A DNA stretch of 64,000 nucleotides from Candidatus Multivoradales bacterium (GCA_965223325.1 CBDCWI010000001.1:32001-96000); one strand, 5' to 3'. Counted from the stretch's first letter, positions 9,404-18,031 are shown. Notes: generated from the sequence alone by a model not told the origin. Program-made: numbers and translations.

Positions 9404-9447
9404 GCGCCGCCCACCGATCGAATTGCTTCGATCCGGTGAGGCGGCGC
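9404..9447 (-). terminator. Long GC hairpin with T-rich tail in the capsid leader
   Basis: GCGCCGCCCACCGATCGAA-ttgc-TTCGATCCGGTGAGGCGGCGC, followed on the minus strand by TTTGTCGTTTCT. Confidence 0.45.
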
Positions 9448-9562
9448 CTATCGACGGATGCGGCTTGCCTACACCCCGTCAGCGCTGGACTGCTGAGCCT
9501 TCGGGCTCGACTCCTACGCGGAGCACAGCGCGCTGCGGTTCGCTGTTAAATCAATCTACGAA

Positions 9563-10453
9563 CTACGACGCGACCATGTCAAGTTCATGGCGTCGAAGCT
9601 CTGTTCGCGCCCGCGCGATGCTGCGCGTCGGTACGGCCATCAAGTCGCGCAGCGTGTCGTCGAACGACTGGATTTCGTCGATCAAGCCGAGTGCAAGCGC
9701 CTCGCGAGCGCTGAACATCTGGCCGGTGTTCATCTCGCGTACCTGCGCATCGGAAAGGCCACGACCCTCGGCCACGGCACGCACGAAGAAGTTGTTGTGA
9801 TGGTCAACCTCGCGCTGCACCTCGACGAGCTGCTCTTCAGAGACCGGTGCGCCGTCAGCGTGGCCCTTGACGCCGCCGCTCGAGACCACATGAACCTTGA
9901 CCCCCTCGAGCTCCGCAGCGGCAGAGGTATCGGTAACGACAGCGTAGGCGCCAATCGATCCGATTCTCGCCGGCGCATTCGCCGTCACGCGGGACGCGCC
10001 CGCCATCGCAAAGACGGCGGCAGACGCGGAGAGGTCGTCAACGTGCGCATGAACCGGCTTCGAGCGTGCCGCGGCGCGGACGTCCTCAAAAAGCTGGTGC
10101 GTGCCGGCCGCCTGGCCGCCTGGCGAGTCAACCAGGAGCAGAATCGACCGCACGTCCTCGTCTCGAACCGCCTGGCGAAGCGCTCGTCGTGCCTCGAGGG
10201 TCGACGTGCCGAACTTCGTCTGCCCTTTCATGAGAGCACCTTGCAGTGCGACCACCGCGACCCCTCCTGGCCCCGCGTCGTACTTCCTGTCGCCTTCCCG
10301 AGTCGCCGCCGCCTGCTGGGGCTCGGGCCGCCAGGTGCCGGCCTGGAGCTGCGCGAGGGCGCTCTCGAGGGCTCGTGGCTCCACCATCCAGAGGCCCAGG
10401 TGAGCCGCAAGGCAAGCCGGATTGTGCGTAAGGTCTATGTCGTCATGCTGCAT
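9563..10453 (-). CDS. S49 (SppA/ClpP-like) prohead protease
   Basis: LLVDSPGG, DDLSASAA, IGSIG, ALALGLIDEI motifs; likely start MQHDD. Confidence 0.9.
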   Translation of the reverse strand: MQHDDIDLTHNPACLAAHLGLWMVEPRALESALAQLQAGTWRPEPQQAAATREGDRKYDAGPGGVAVVALQGALMKGQTKFGTSTLEARRALRQAVRDEDVRSILLLVDSPGGQAAGTHQLFEDVRAAARSKPVHAHVDDLSASAAVFAMAGASRVTANAPARIGSIGAYAVVTDTSAAAELEGVKVHVVSSGGVKGHADGAPVSEEQLVEVQREVDHHNNFFVRAVAEGRGLSDAQVREMNTGQMFSAREALALGLIDEIQSFDDTLRDLMAVPTRSIARARTELRRHELDMVAS

Positions 10454-12143
10454 CGGCCGAGTCTCCGAGTGTGATGATCCCGCGGCTGTACTCTGCGGGG
10501 CGGGTAGATAGCCACTCGTCGAGCAGCTCCGTAAGACGTTCTGCAGGGGCGTCGGCTTCGACAACAGCAACCAGGTTGCGTTCCGAGTACGCGCACCACG
10601 CACCGGCGAGGTCCTCGGCGTCGCAGGGCACGGCCATCAGCGACGACCAGGCCTCGCACAGCGGGTCCAGGAAGAGCGCTAGGACGCCGCGGTGTTCGGC
10701 GTAGAAGGTTCGGGCCCAGTCCGCAAGGGTGCCGCTTGCCAGCGCTCGAGGGGCACCCTTCTCGATTGCGCGCGTCTCTCGTCGGATCGCCCGAGCAAAC
10801 ACGTCCGCAAACAGGACCTCGAATGCACCGGCGGCTGACGCGCGGTCTAGGCCACTTCTGACCGGCTGAGCCGCATCTGCGGGATCGGGTGGCGGTTCCT
10901 CTTCCGATCCTGCGCTGTCGCCGAGGTTGAGGGGCGTACGGTACACGTCGCCGCCCTCGATCGGATTCAGGTCCTCGATCTTGCGGACTTCGTTCTGGCT
11001 GAGAAAACCGTTCTGGAGGCCGATGGCGTGCGCGCCGTAGCGCGTCTGTGTGTTGCCGCGCAGCAGGGCGTCGACGTTGTGGCGCACAAAGTAGCGCCGG
11101 CGCTCTGAGGCCCTGAAGAGCTTCCTCTCGAGCTCTTGCTCGATCTTTACGAGTCGAGGACGAAGGAAGTACTTCAGGAAACCTCGGTCCTGCTCCTCGA
11201 TGTTGGAAAAAGTAGCCCGCTCGAGGTCCATCAGCAGGTGAGGTGGAACGCCGAAGTACCGCGCAATCTCACCGACCTGGAAGCGCCGGGTCTCGAGGAA
11301 CTGCGCCTCCTCTGCGGTGTACCCCATCTTCACGAACTCCATGCCCTCCTCGAGCACGGCGAGCCGATGGCGACCGTCTCCGCCGTGAACAGCGTCCATC
11401 TGCGCGCGGATGCGCTTGCCGGCTGCAGCCGGGTCCTTGAAGCGGCCTGGGTGCTTCAGGTAGCCCGTGGGGGTCTGGTAGTTGCCGAAGAACAGCGATC
11501 CGTGGCGCTCGGTGGCCATCGCCATCCCGATCGCCTCTCGAGCAAGATCGACCAGGCCCTGCCCGACGATGCCGTCGAGCGAAAGCGTGTTCGGAAAATG
11601 GAGGACGTCCTCGGCCCGCAGCTTGACCCGCTTCTTGCCCTCCTGCTCTCGAGTCACCTCGTAGACAAGTCGGCGTTTACGGACCCCTACGCGCCGCACA
11701 GACACTCGAGACGGCGGGTGTATGGGCCAAATCCACGCCGGCCTCCCTGCTTTGTCGCGCTCGATCTCGGCGAAATGGTTGCCCCACAGCAACTGGTGTG
11801 CGATCAACTGCGATCGCCACGAGCTCGCCGTCTGCTCGGGATTCGGCTCGACGGCCAGTAGCTCGCGGACCAGGTGGCGCTCGGCTATCTCCCGGCTGTC
11901 GTCGGCACCACGGCGAAACGTCTGGAGCGGTAGCGTCGAAGATACGTCGGCGATCAATCGAACCGCCGCGAAGACCGTCGACGCGCGCAGGGCGCCCGTC
12001 GTGCCGACCTCGATGCCGGAGCTCGTGCTCGGTGAGTCGACGAGCCAGCCGGGCAGATTGCTGTCTGACGGGTGGTAGGAGCCTGGTGTCGTTCTCGAGA
12101 GGGAGACGGCGCTGGCGCCGCCAAACAAGCCTGGAAGTATCAA
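10443..12143 (-). CDS. Phage portal protein, HK97 family, with C-terminal extension
   Basis: EPNPEQT, LLWGNHFA, VLEEGM, QFLETRRFQVGEIARYFGVPPHL, SNIEEQ, NEVRKIEDL. Confidence 0.95.
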   Translation of the reverse strand: MILPGLFGGASAVSLSRTTPGSYHPSDSNLPGWLVDSPSTSSGIEVGTTGALRASTVFAAVRLIADVSSTLPLQTFRRGADDSREIAERHLVRELLAVEPNPEQTASSWRSQLIAHQLLWGNHFAEIERDKAGRPAWIWPIHPPSRVSVRRVGVRKRRLVYEVTREQEGKKRVKLRAEDVLHFPNTLSLDGIVGQGLVDLAREAIGMAMATERHGSLFFGNYQTPTGYLKHPGRFKDPAAAGKRIRAQMDAVHGGDGRHRLAVLEEGMEFVKMGYTAEEAQFLETRRFQVGEIARYFGVPPHLLMDLERATFSNIEEQDRGFLKYFLRPRLVKIEQELERKLFRASERRRYFVRHNVDALLRGNTQTRYGAHAIGLQNGFLSQNEVRKIEDLNPIEGGDVYRTPLNLGDSAGSEEEPPPDPADAAQPVRSGLDRASAAGAFEVLFADVFARAIRRETRAIEKGAPRALASGTLADWARTFYAEHRGVLALFLDPLCEAWSSLMAVPCDAEDLAGAWCAYSERNLVAVVEADAPAERLTELLDEWLSTRPAEYSRGIITLGDSADAA

Positions 12144-12322
12144 CCTTCGGTGTCTCCGTCGCTTTGCAACCTCGGGCGCCAGGGGTCGACGAAGTAGTCG
12201 ACAAACAGCAACAGGCCCGCAAGGGCGAGACCGTAGTACCCGGTTTCAGCGCCCGCCACCAACACCACCAGAGCAACAACGCCTTGGGTCTCGGGACGGG
12301 CAATGGTTTTCAAAGGCGACAC
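12140..12322 (-). CDS. Small membrane protein between terminase and portal
   Basis: 60 aa, two hydrophobic segments, AGGAG RBS, GTG start. Confidence 0.6.
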   Translation of the reverse strand: MSPLKTIARPETQGVVALVVLVAGAETGYYGLALAGLLLFVDYFVDPWRPRLQSDGDTEG

Positions 12323-12377
12323 CGACTCCTGCTCTCATTTGTCAATATACGAGATAACGTAGGGGTCAATGCAACTG

Positions 12378-14177
12378 CTACACGAGGACGGGCTCTCGTT
12401 CGTCGTAAACTGAGCCCTGTGCCTCTGCGCGCATCCACGCTCCGATCGCCATGATCAGCGCCACGATGCCGTCGATCTTCTCGGCGGACCGGCCTTTGTC
12501 GGGTCGAATCTTCTCGTCGGGACTCTGTCGGACCACGACGTTCGAGGCCATCCAGGTGAGGACCGGGTTGTCGCCGTGCGCGATCTCGCCGGCGTAGACC
12601 TGGCGGCCGAGTTCCTCCATCGGGCCTGTCATCGCCTCGAACCCCTGCCCGTGCGGAACCATCTCGATGGCCTCTTGTTGTAGCTCGAGGACAAGCTGGT
12701 CCGCGTACGCCCGGTCGTAGGAAATCGACTGGACCGCGAACTGACCGATGATCTCGATAATCGACTCGCGGATGAAGGCGAAGTCCGTCGTCGCAGACGG
12801 AGTCGACACGATGGCGCCAGATCTAGACCATTCGACGTAGGGCACGCGGTCAACGTTCGAGCGCTCGACAATCTGCTGCTCGGGCGCCCAGAAATAGCTC
12901 AGGACTCGGGCGGGCTCTTCGTCTTCGAGCGGCGGGAAGTACAGAATCAGCGCCGAGAGGTCCTTTTTGCGTGCCAAATCGAGGGCACCGAAGCAAGGGC
13001 GCCCGCGAAGTTCCTCGAGATCGTTCCGACCAAGCTCGCGCGTACCGCAGCGCGCCCACCTCTCCATTTCGATCCACCGATCGACCGAGTTCACCCAGAC
13101 ATTGAGGTGGTAGCGCATGAACGACGACTTCGCGCCGACGCTGACCAGGGCCCGCTCGTAGGCCTCGAGGATGTTCTCCGGCTTCACCGATACGTTCCAG
13201 TTGGGATTTGCCTTGATCCAGCTTTTCTCCGCGTCCCAGGGATCGCCTTCGTCGATCGTCGCGATGTAGGCGAAGAATCGATCGTTCGTCATCGACCCCT
13301 CGAGCACCTTCTTGGCCATGGTGTGGAGTTCCCAGCCGATCGACTCGGGCTTGTACAGGCCCGCCGTGGTGATGCTCGAAAGCATGGGCTGCCGACGCGC
13401 ACCGGAAGCCGTGCGAATTACGTCGTACATCCCTCGGGTTTTGTGCTGGTGGAGCTCGTCGAGCAGCCCACCGTGGACGTTTAGGCCATCCTGCTTGTCG
13501 GAGTCCGACCCCAGGGGTTCGAACGAACTCGCGGTAGCCAGATCGTGGATGTTGGCGATGTAGACGCCTAGTCGGCTGCGCAGCGCCGGCGAGTTCTTCA
13601 CCATGAGGCGCGCACCGTCGAACATGATTTTCGCCTGCTGCTTCTTCGTGGCGGCCGAATAGACTTTCGCGCCGCCTTCCGGGCGGAAGACCCCGTCGGA
13701 CTCGACCAGGCCGTCGGCCTGCGTCAGGTAAAGGCCCTCGCCGGCAGCGGTCAGCGTTTTGCCGTTCTTGCGCGGCACCTCTTTGTAAGACTCCCGAAAC
13801 CGCCGGAAACCAGTGGCCTCGTCCACCCACCCATACGCGACCCCGTAGCAGAATTTCTGCCACAGCTCGAGCTGGATCAGCTTGCCAGCCCACTCGCCCT
13901 CGAAGTGCCGGCAATACCGCTCGATGTAGGTGACGATTCTGTCGGCTCGAGCGCCGTCGAAGACTAGGCCCCGCTGGCCGCCATCTTTGAGGTCGTCCAG
14001 GTGGCGCTGGCAAGCCAGGGATACCCATTTCGACGCGAGTACCTTGCCCTCGAGCACTTGGTTCGCGTACTCCACCTCCGGTCGGACTGGTTTCGAGTTG
14101 CGGCGCTTGCCTTTGGGCTTCTTTCGGCGGCTCTTCTTGGCCGATGACGCCTTCTTCTTCTTACGTCGCGCTGCCAC
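12378..14177 (-). CDS. terL: Terminase large subunit
   Basis: Walker A PRKNGKT, Walker B LLDELH, ITTAG, LDLA and KIDG nuclease motifs. Confidence 0.95.
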   Translation of the reverse strand: MAARRKKKKASSAKKSRRKKPKGKRRNSKPVRPEVEYANQVLEGKVLASKWVSLACQRHLDDLKDGGQRGLVFDGARADRIVTYIERYCRHFEGEWAGKLIQLELWQKFCYGVAYGWVDEATGFRRFRESYKEVPRKNGKTLTAAGEGLYLTQADGLVESDGVFRPEGGAKVYSAATKKQQAKIMFDGARLMVKNSPALRSRLGVYIANIHDLATASSFEPLGSDSDKQDGLNVHGGLLDELHQHKTRGMYDVIRTASGARRQPMLSSITTAGLYKPESIGWELHTMAKKVLEGSMTNDRFFAYIATIDEGDPWDAEKSWIKANPNWNVSVKPENILEAYERALVSVGAKSSFMRYHLNVWVNSVDRWIEMERWARCGTRELGRNDLEELRGRPCFGALDLARKKDLSALILYFPPLEDEEPARVLSYFWAPEQQIVERSNVDRVPYVEWSRSGAIVSTPSATTDFAFIRESIIEIIGQFAVQSISYDRAYADQLVLELQQEAIEMVPHGQGFEAMTGPMEELGRQVYAGEIAHGDNPVLTWMASNVVVRQSPDEKIRPDKGRSAEKIDGIVALIMAIGAWMRAEAQGSVYDEREPVLV

Positions 14178-14616
14178 TGAGGAACTCGTCCAGGCCGTCC
14201 GATTCCTCGTCGCCAGTTTGCATCGCCAGCCTCAGTCGAGCGACTGGCGTGAGTCCGAATTCCGACGAAAAGCTGCGGAGGGCGCGTTCGGCGGCTCCCA
14301 GGACGAGCCGAGCCTCTCGGCGCTCCTCCAGTCCCCACTGTTCAGCGGCCCGAAAGTCCCTTTCGGCCTGTTGGTAGGCGGCGTAGCTCGAACAGTAGGC
14401 GGCGAAGTTCGCTAGGTCGAGGTCCGACAGGCACCCGAGCATCGCCAGCGGCTCGGCGAGGCGCTTCCACTCCGCTAGCGCCGCCTTCGAAAGCCACTTT
14501 GGGGGGTCGGGGACCGATGGGGCCGGCTTGAGCTCGTTCGCCGGCAGAGGTCGTCGGCCTGCGTTGCCCTGGACGAGCTTCAGGCCGGTCGGTTTGGGCT
14601 TGCGTCCACGTGCCAT
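14161..14616 (-). CDS. terS: Terminase small subunit, P27 family
   Basis: GRKPKPT.LK...GN.G.RPL, PP.WL, EFGLTP..R. Confidence 0.92.
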   Translation of the reverse strand: MARGRKPKPTGLKLVQGNAGRRPLPANELKPAPSVPDPPKWLSKAALAEWKRLAEPLAMLGCLSDLDLANFAAYCSSYAAYQQAERDFRAAEQWGLEERREARLVLGAAERALRSFSSEFGLTPVARLRLAMQTGDEESDGLDEFLSGSAT

Positions 14617-14639
14617 CGCTCCACCAATATACGAAAAAC

Positions 14640-14725
14640 GACACCTCAATTTCGCGCATGCACACTCGCGGCGGTCGTGTCCGCAGAGGTCGCGTCAGCT
14701 CCAGAGATTCGAACCCCCTACCACT
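14640..14725 (-). other. Candidate cos/packaging initiation region
   Basis: Directly upstream of terS; minus strand reads AGGGGGTTCGAATCTCT...GACCGCCGCG...CGCGAAATT, resembling the pre-terS region of HK97-like cos phages (recalled pattern). Confidence 0.45.
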
Positions 14726-15138
14726 CCCTCCACGAGTGGCAGCCAAGCCACCAGGTCGTCGCCTTGACTTATCCGCACATCGGCGATGCACGACCAATGA
14801 TGGTCCGACAGCGAGCGAGCGCGGTTATCGCTAGAGAACGACACCAGCTCAACACCACCCACGCCAACAGCCCGCAGGGGAGGCATGGTCCCGTCTGGCG
14901 CTGGAAAGTGGAATCCCTCGAGCGTTGGCATGCCATCGAAATAGTTGGCGTACCTCCCACTAGCCTGGCGAACGGCACAGACGTGGTGCCACCCGTCCCC
15001 TACCCTTTGCCAGAACTCGAGTTTCAAGGCAGGGCTCCCAACCGGCGGCTTAGCCTCAACTTGCCCCATCGGCAGATACTCAGCCAGGGGCAAGAGCGCT
15101 GCCAGGGCCAGCGAGCGAAGGAAGCTACGACGCTTCAG
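14695..15138 (-). CDS. Phage protein with twin-arginine-like N-terminus (possible CTG start)
   Basis: In-frame extension of track ORF 14695..15093 reads (L)KRRSFLRSLALAALLPLA. Confidence 0.5.
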   Translation of the reverse strand: MKRRSFLRSLALAALLPLAEYLPMGQVEAKPPVGSPALKLEFWQRVGDGWHHVCAVRQASGRYANYFDGMPTLEGFHFPAPDGTMPPLRAVGVGGVELVSFSSDNRARSLSDHHWSCIADVRISQGDDLVAWLPLVEGVVGGSNLWS

Positions 15139-15395
15139 TCGATTGATCCACCATACAGGGACGGCCTTCGGGTGAGTTCCTGCCCTACTACCTGTTCCAC
15201 CCTGCGGTGCAGTGCCTCACCGAAATCCGCACGATCGACCGGCGACTCGTCGAGGTCAACGACAACCACCTGTCCATCAAGGTGTTGGTCACATTGTTCG
15301 CAACTCACCCACGCGCGTCGGCATCCGGCTTGAACGTCGATCACAGCGAGGAGTCGGTGGCCGGCGGCACTCTCTAGTCTTAGCAGCTCACTCAT
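15135..15395 (-). CDS. Phage hypothetical protein (CxxC)
   Basis: MSELLRLES start, 86 aa, follows the HNH gene. Confidence 0.55.
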   Translation of the reverse strand: MSELLRLESAAGHRLLAVIDVQAGCRRAWVSCEQCDQHLDGQVVVVDLDESPVDRADFGEALHRRVEQVVGQELTRRPSLYGGSID

Positions 15396-15405
15396 GGCCC
15401 CAATC

Positions 15406-15696
15406 CTACCCCGGGTAGAACGCCCGGTCACGCCGGCCCAGGTTGCAGGGCTTGCACGTACCCCGAAGGTTGTCCTGGGCGTTGGTGCCGCCCTCTGAGA
15501 CGGGGACGATGTGGTCCACCTGGGCGCTGGGTGCCAGGCCGCAGATGCAGCAGATGGGGTCCCGGCGCAGGATCGCTGCGCGGAGTGTGCGCCAGGCACG
15601 GGTGGAGCCGCGGCGGCGGCCTACTCCTTGAACGGGTAGTCCTCTATCGCAACCTGACTGAACACATGCCTGTCGAGCGTTGTGTCGAACTCGCAT
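15406..15696 (-). CDS. HNH endonuclease (terminase-associated type)
   Basis: W..LR..IL.RDPICCIC...VDHIVP...GG....NL...C..CN; start uncertain. Confidence 0.85.
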   Translation of the reverse strand: MRVRHNARQACVQSGCDRGLPVQGVGRRRGSTRAWRTLRAAILRRDPICCICGLAPSAQVDHIVPVSEGGTNAQDNLRGTCKPCNLGRRDRAFYPG

Positions 15697-16304
15697 ATAG
15701 CGCAGCGGGTCTTGGTTAGGATGTCGCGAAAGACGATTCCGAACTCTCCCCGGCGATTGCCAGCGAGCTTGCACCTAACGTGCGGCGACTCCGATTTTCC
15801 AGGCATGAAGGTCCTCGCCTTGAGTTCCTCCACGACGCACCGCTGTACCCCAGCTCTGTGGCGGTCGACAAGCTCGACAAACTCGATGACCTCCACCCCG
15901 CCCGGTCCCTTGTTGACGAGAAGGAACTCCACCGTCTCGGCCGCCGCCCCTCCAATGGCCTTCTTCGGCCTGAAGTACGGCTGGTACTGCGCCTCGGTCA
16001 ACTTTCTGGCCTGCTTCATCTCGAAGCGCTGCTCCCTGATCTCCTCCTTCTGGAGACTCAGTGACCCCCAGAGCAGTGCGAAGGCCAGGCCCGAGAACAG
16101 GACTCCAAGGGCGCCGAACGCGTCTCCGTAGAGGGCTCTCGTCGCGATGTCGTCGCTAACCGGTGCAACACCGGGCAGGAACAAGAAGAAGGCCCACAGG
16201 AGCCACAGGACTACGACGAAGATCAGGACGTTCTTGAGGGACAGTACCCGCTCCAGCTTCGAGGCTCCCTGCTCGTCCTCCCTCTTGTCAGCGCTCGACT
16301 TCAT
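15621..16304 (-). CDS. Two-TM plus coiled-coil membrane protein (moron; N-terminus resembles putative abortive-infection membrane proteins)
   Basis: GDAFGALGVLFSGLAFALL...LQKEEIREQR; ATGA overlap with the upstream gene. Confidence 0.7.
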   Translation of the reverse strand: MKSSADKREDEQGASKLERVLSLKNVLIFVVVLWLLWAFFLFLPGVAPVSDDIATRALYGDAFGALGVLFSGLAFALLWGSLSLQKEEIREQRFEMKQARKLTEAQYQPYFRPKKAIGGAAAETVEFLLVNKGPGGVEVIEFVELVDRHRAGVQRCVVEELKARTFMPGKSESPHVRCKLAGNRRGEFGIVFRDILTKTRCAICEFDTTLDRHVFSQVAIEDYPFKE

Positions 16305-16819
16305 ATCGGTTTGACGGCCTGGAACTTCGCCAGGTTGTCGCCCTTCAGCGTCCAGGGTGGGAGGCGGGCCCTCGAGGTCTCCACCTGAACGACGATCGAC
16401 TCGGCAGCTGCGAGGACTCGCTCCCAGGTAGAGAGCCCAAGCGAGCAAAGATGCACCTCGAGATCTATCGTCTGAATCTCGGAAAAGGAGCAGTCTTTGA
16501 AGATCGTTGGGGCACCGCCATCGATCGCCATCGCCACCGCGAGGACCTTCGCTGAACCAGGCCCTCCGCCGATCTTGACTAGCACGCCGTAGAGATCTTT
16601 GCCGTCTGCCCTGAGGGCCATTGATGCCGTCAGCAGTTCGTCGCGGTTGAGCTGAAAGGCGTCAGGGCCACCGCTGGCCATGACCCAGTCGCCCTGAAGT
16701 TGCCGCGCAACGCCTGCTTCGGCGAAGAGGTCCTCCTGTGTTGCCGAGGGCTGCGCGCTGAACAGTAGGACGCCGAGAACTGCAAGGCCTTGAGCCCAAA
16801 GGGGTTTACCCGTTTTCAT
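16301..16819 (-). CDS. Secreted/periplasmic protein (moron)
   Basis: Signal peptide MKTGKPLWAQGLAVLGVLLFSAQPSA; GAAGGA RBS. Confidence 0.75.
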   Translation of the reverse strand: MKTGKPLWAQGLAVLGVLLFSAQPSATQEDLFAEAGVARQLQGDWVMASGGPDAFQLNRDELLTASMALRADGKDLYGVLVKIGGGPGSAKVLAVAMAIDGGAPTIFKDCSFSEIQTIDLEVHLCSLGLSTWERVLAAAESIVVQVETSRARLPPWTLKGDNLAKFQAVKPI

Positions 16820-17073
16820 CGTTTTTATCGTCCTTCGAGCTGCGGAATCGTGCTCGTAATGCTAAGGTCTCGACTCATCCAGGATATGTCTTCTGCGCAT
16901 TTCTTCCTATCTCTCTGCTGCTTGCTTGTTCCGGTCCGAAAACCCCAAACTACTCAGATTTCTCGAGGCACGGCACATCATGGCGGTAAGAGCGAAGACC
17001 TGGAAGGAGGTGGCCGGACTGGTCACTGCCCTGAGCAAGCTACAAGCTTTTGAGGGCAACGACGGAAAGGCGA

Positions 17074-17400
17074 TCATTCGGCGATGCTCTCGGCGTGCTG
17101 ACGACGAGCCATCTTCTCCACAGCATCCCGAATCTCGCGAATCGTCAGCGCCAAGTCCTCATCGGAGGGCGCATAGCCCATAACGACCGCCAGGTCGCCG
17201 ATGTCCGCTCCCATCGCGTGGAGTAGACGAAAAAGCACGTCGACGGTCATACCCGATCGACCATGCTCATACTTGGAGAGGTTGGCTGGCGGAACTCCCG
17301 CCAGCTCAGCGACTTGCCGCTGACTGCGGGACGCGCGCAGATGCGTAAGGGCCTCCCCCAAGGCCAAATTCAGCTCGTTCCCCGAGAGCATCTTGGTCAT
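17074..17400 (-). CDS. XRE-family HTH repressor (cI-like, no peptidase domain)
   Basis: SQRQVAELAGV...NLSKYEHG; divergent from cro. Confidence 0.85.
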   Translation of the reverse strand: MTKMLSGNELNLALGEALTHLRASRSQRQVAELAGVPPANLSKYEHGRSGMTVDVLFRLLHAMGADIGDLAVVMGYAPSDEDLALTIREIRDAVEKMARRQHAESIAE

Positions 17401-17407
17401 ACGACCA

Positions 17408-17523
17408 AGTCTAGTCTCTGGGGAACCAACCCACCAACGTTGATATCGCCAACTATGGTGTTGACATCGCCATCGCCTCAATCTAAGATGGCGGTATGGA
17501 CACGAATCTAGTTGATCTCGACA
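17408..17523. promoter_or_regulatory. Divergent switch: rightward promoter TTGACA-17-TAAGAT, leftward -10 TAGACT, three GTTGAYMTCGMCA boxes
   Basis: TTGACA 17461-66, TAAGAT 17484-89; boxes at 17439, 17460 and 17511. Confidence 0.75.
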
Positions 17524-17741
17524 CCATACCCGCAAACGAGCGGCTCCGAGTATGGAGGGCTCTTGAACGCTTGACCCTCATCGAGGCCGGCGAACGGTTG
17601 AGTTGTGACCGGGCCAATCTGAGTCGATACGAGTGCGCGCGAACGAGGCCCTCGCTCGAAACCGCGGCCCGAATCGAAGCCGCGACAGGCATCCCGGTCC
17701 GGGCCTGGCTAGACGTTGAGCTACAGAAGCGAACGGCCTGA
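17496..17741 (+). CDS. Cro-like XRE HTH regulator
   Basis: LTLIEAGERLSCDRANLSRYE..RTRPSLETAARIE. Confidence 0.85.
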   Translation: MDTNLVDLDTIPANERLRVWRALERLTLIEAGERLSCDRANLSRYECARTRPSLETAARIEAATGIPVRAWLDVELQKRTA

Positions 17742-17812
17742 GGTGCTGACACACCTCAGGCCGGTCTGAATCCGAAGAACCACCAGTTGGATAAACGAAG
17801 GAGGGCTCCCGA

Positions 17813-18031
17813 ATGAACCAACGATACCAAACCCACCCCAGGCGGAAGGAAACCACAGTGGTTGTCTGTCCCCACGGATGCGGCCGCGCAAGGCGAAAGA
17901 ACGGCACCTGGACGGCGGTCACCGCGACCGCGATCGAGAACCTGCGCCGCAGCGCCCGGCGGGGCCTCATCTGCACCAGTGACTGCCCCTGTCCCGACTG
18001 TGTTCGCCACCTCTACCGGACGGCAGCATGA
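17813..18031 (+). CDS. Small Cys-rich (putative zinc-binding) early protein
   Basis: AGGAGG RBS; CPHGC...CTSDCPCPDC. Confidence 0.6.
   Translation: MNQRYQTHPRRKETTVVVCPHGCGRARRKNGTWTAVTATAIENLRRSARRGLICTSDCPCPDCVRHLYRTAA

Noticed and set aside
16926-17183. Small plus-strand ORF converging on the repressor
   Set aside because: Overlaps the repressor 3' end with no clear RBS or motif; cannot be supported
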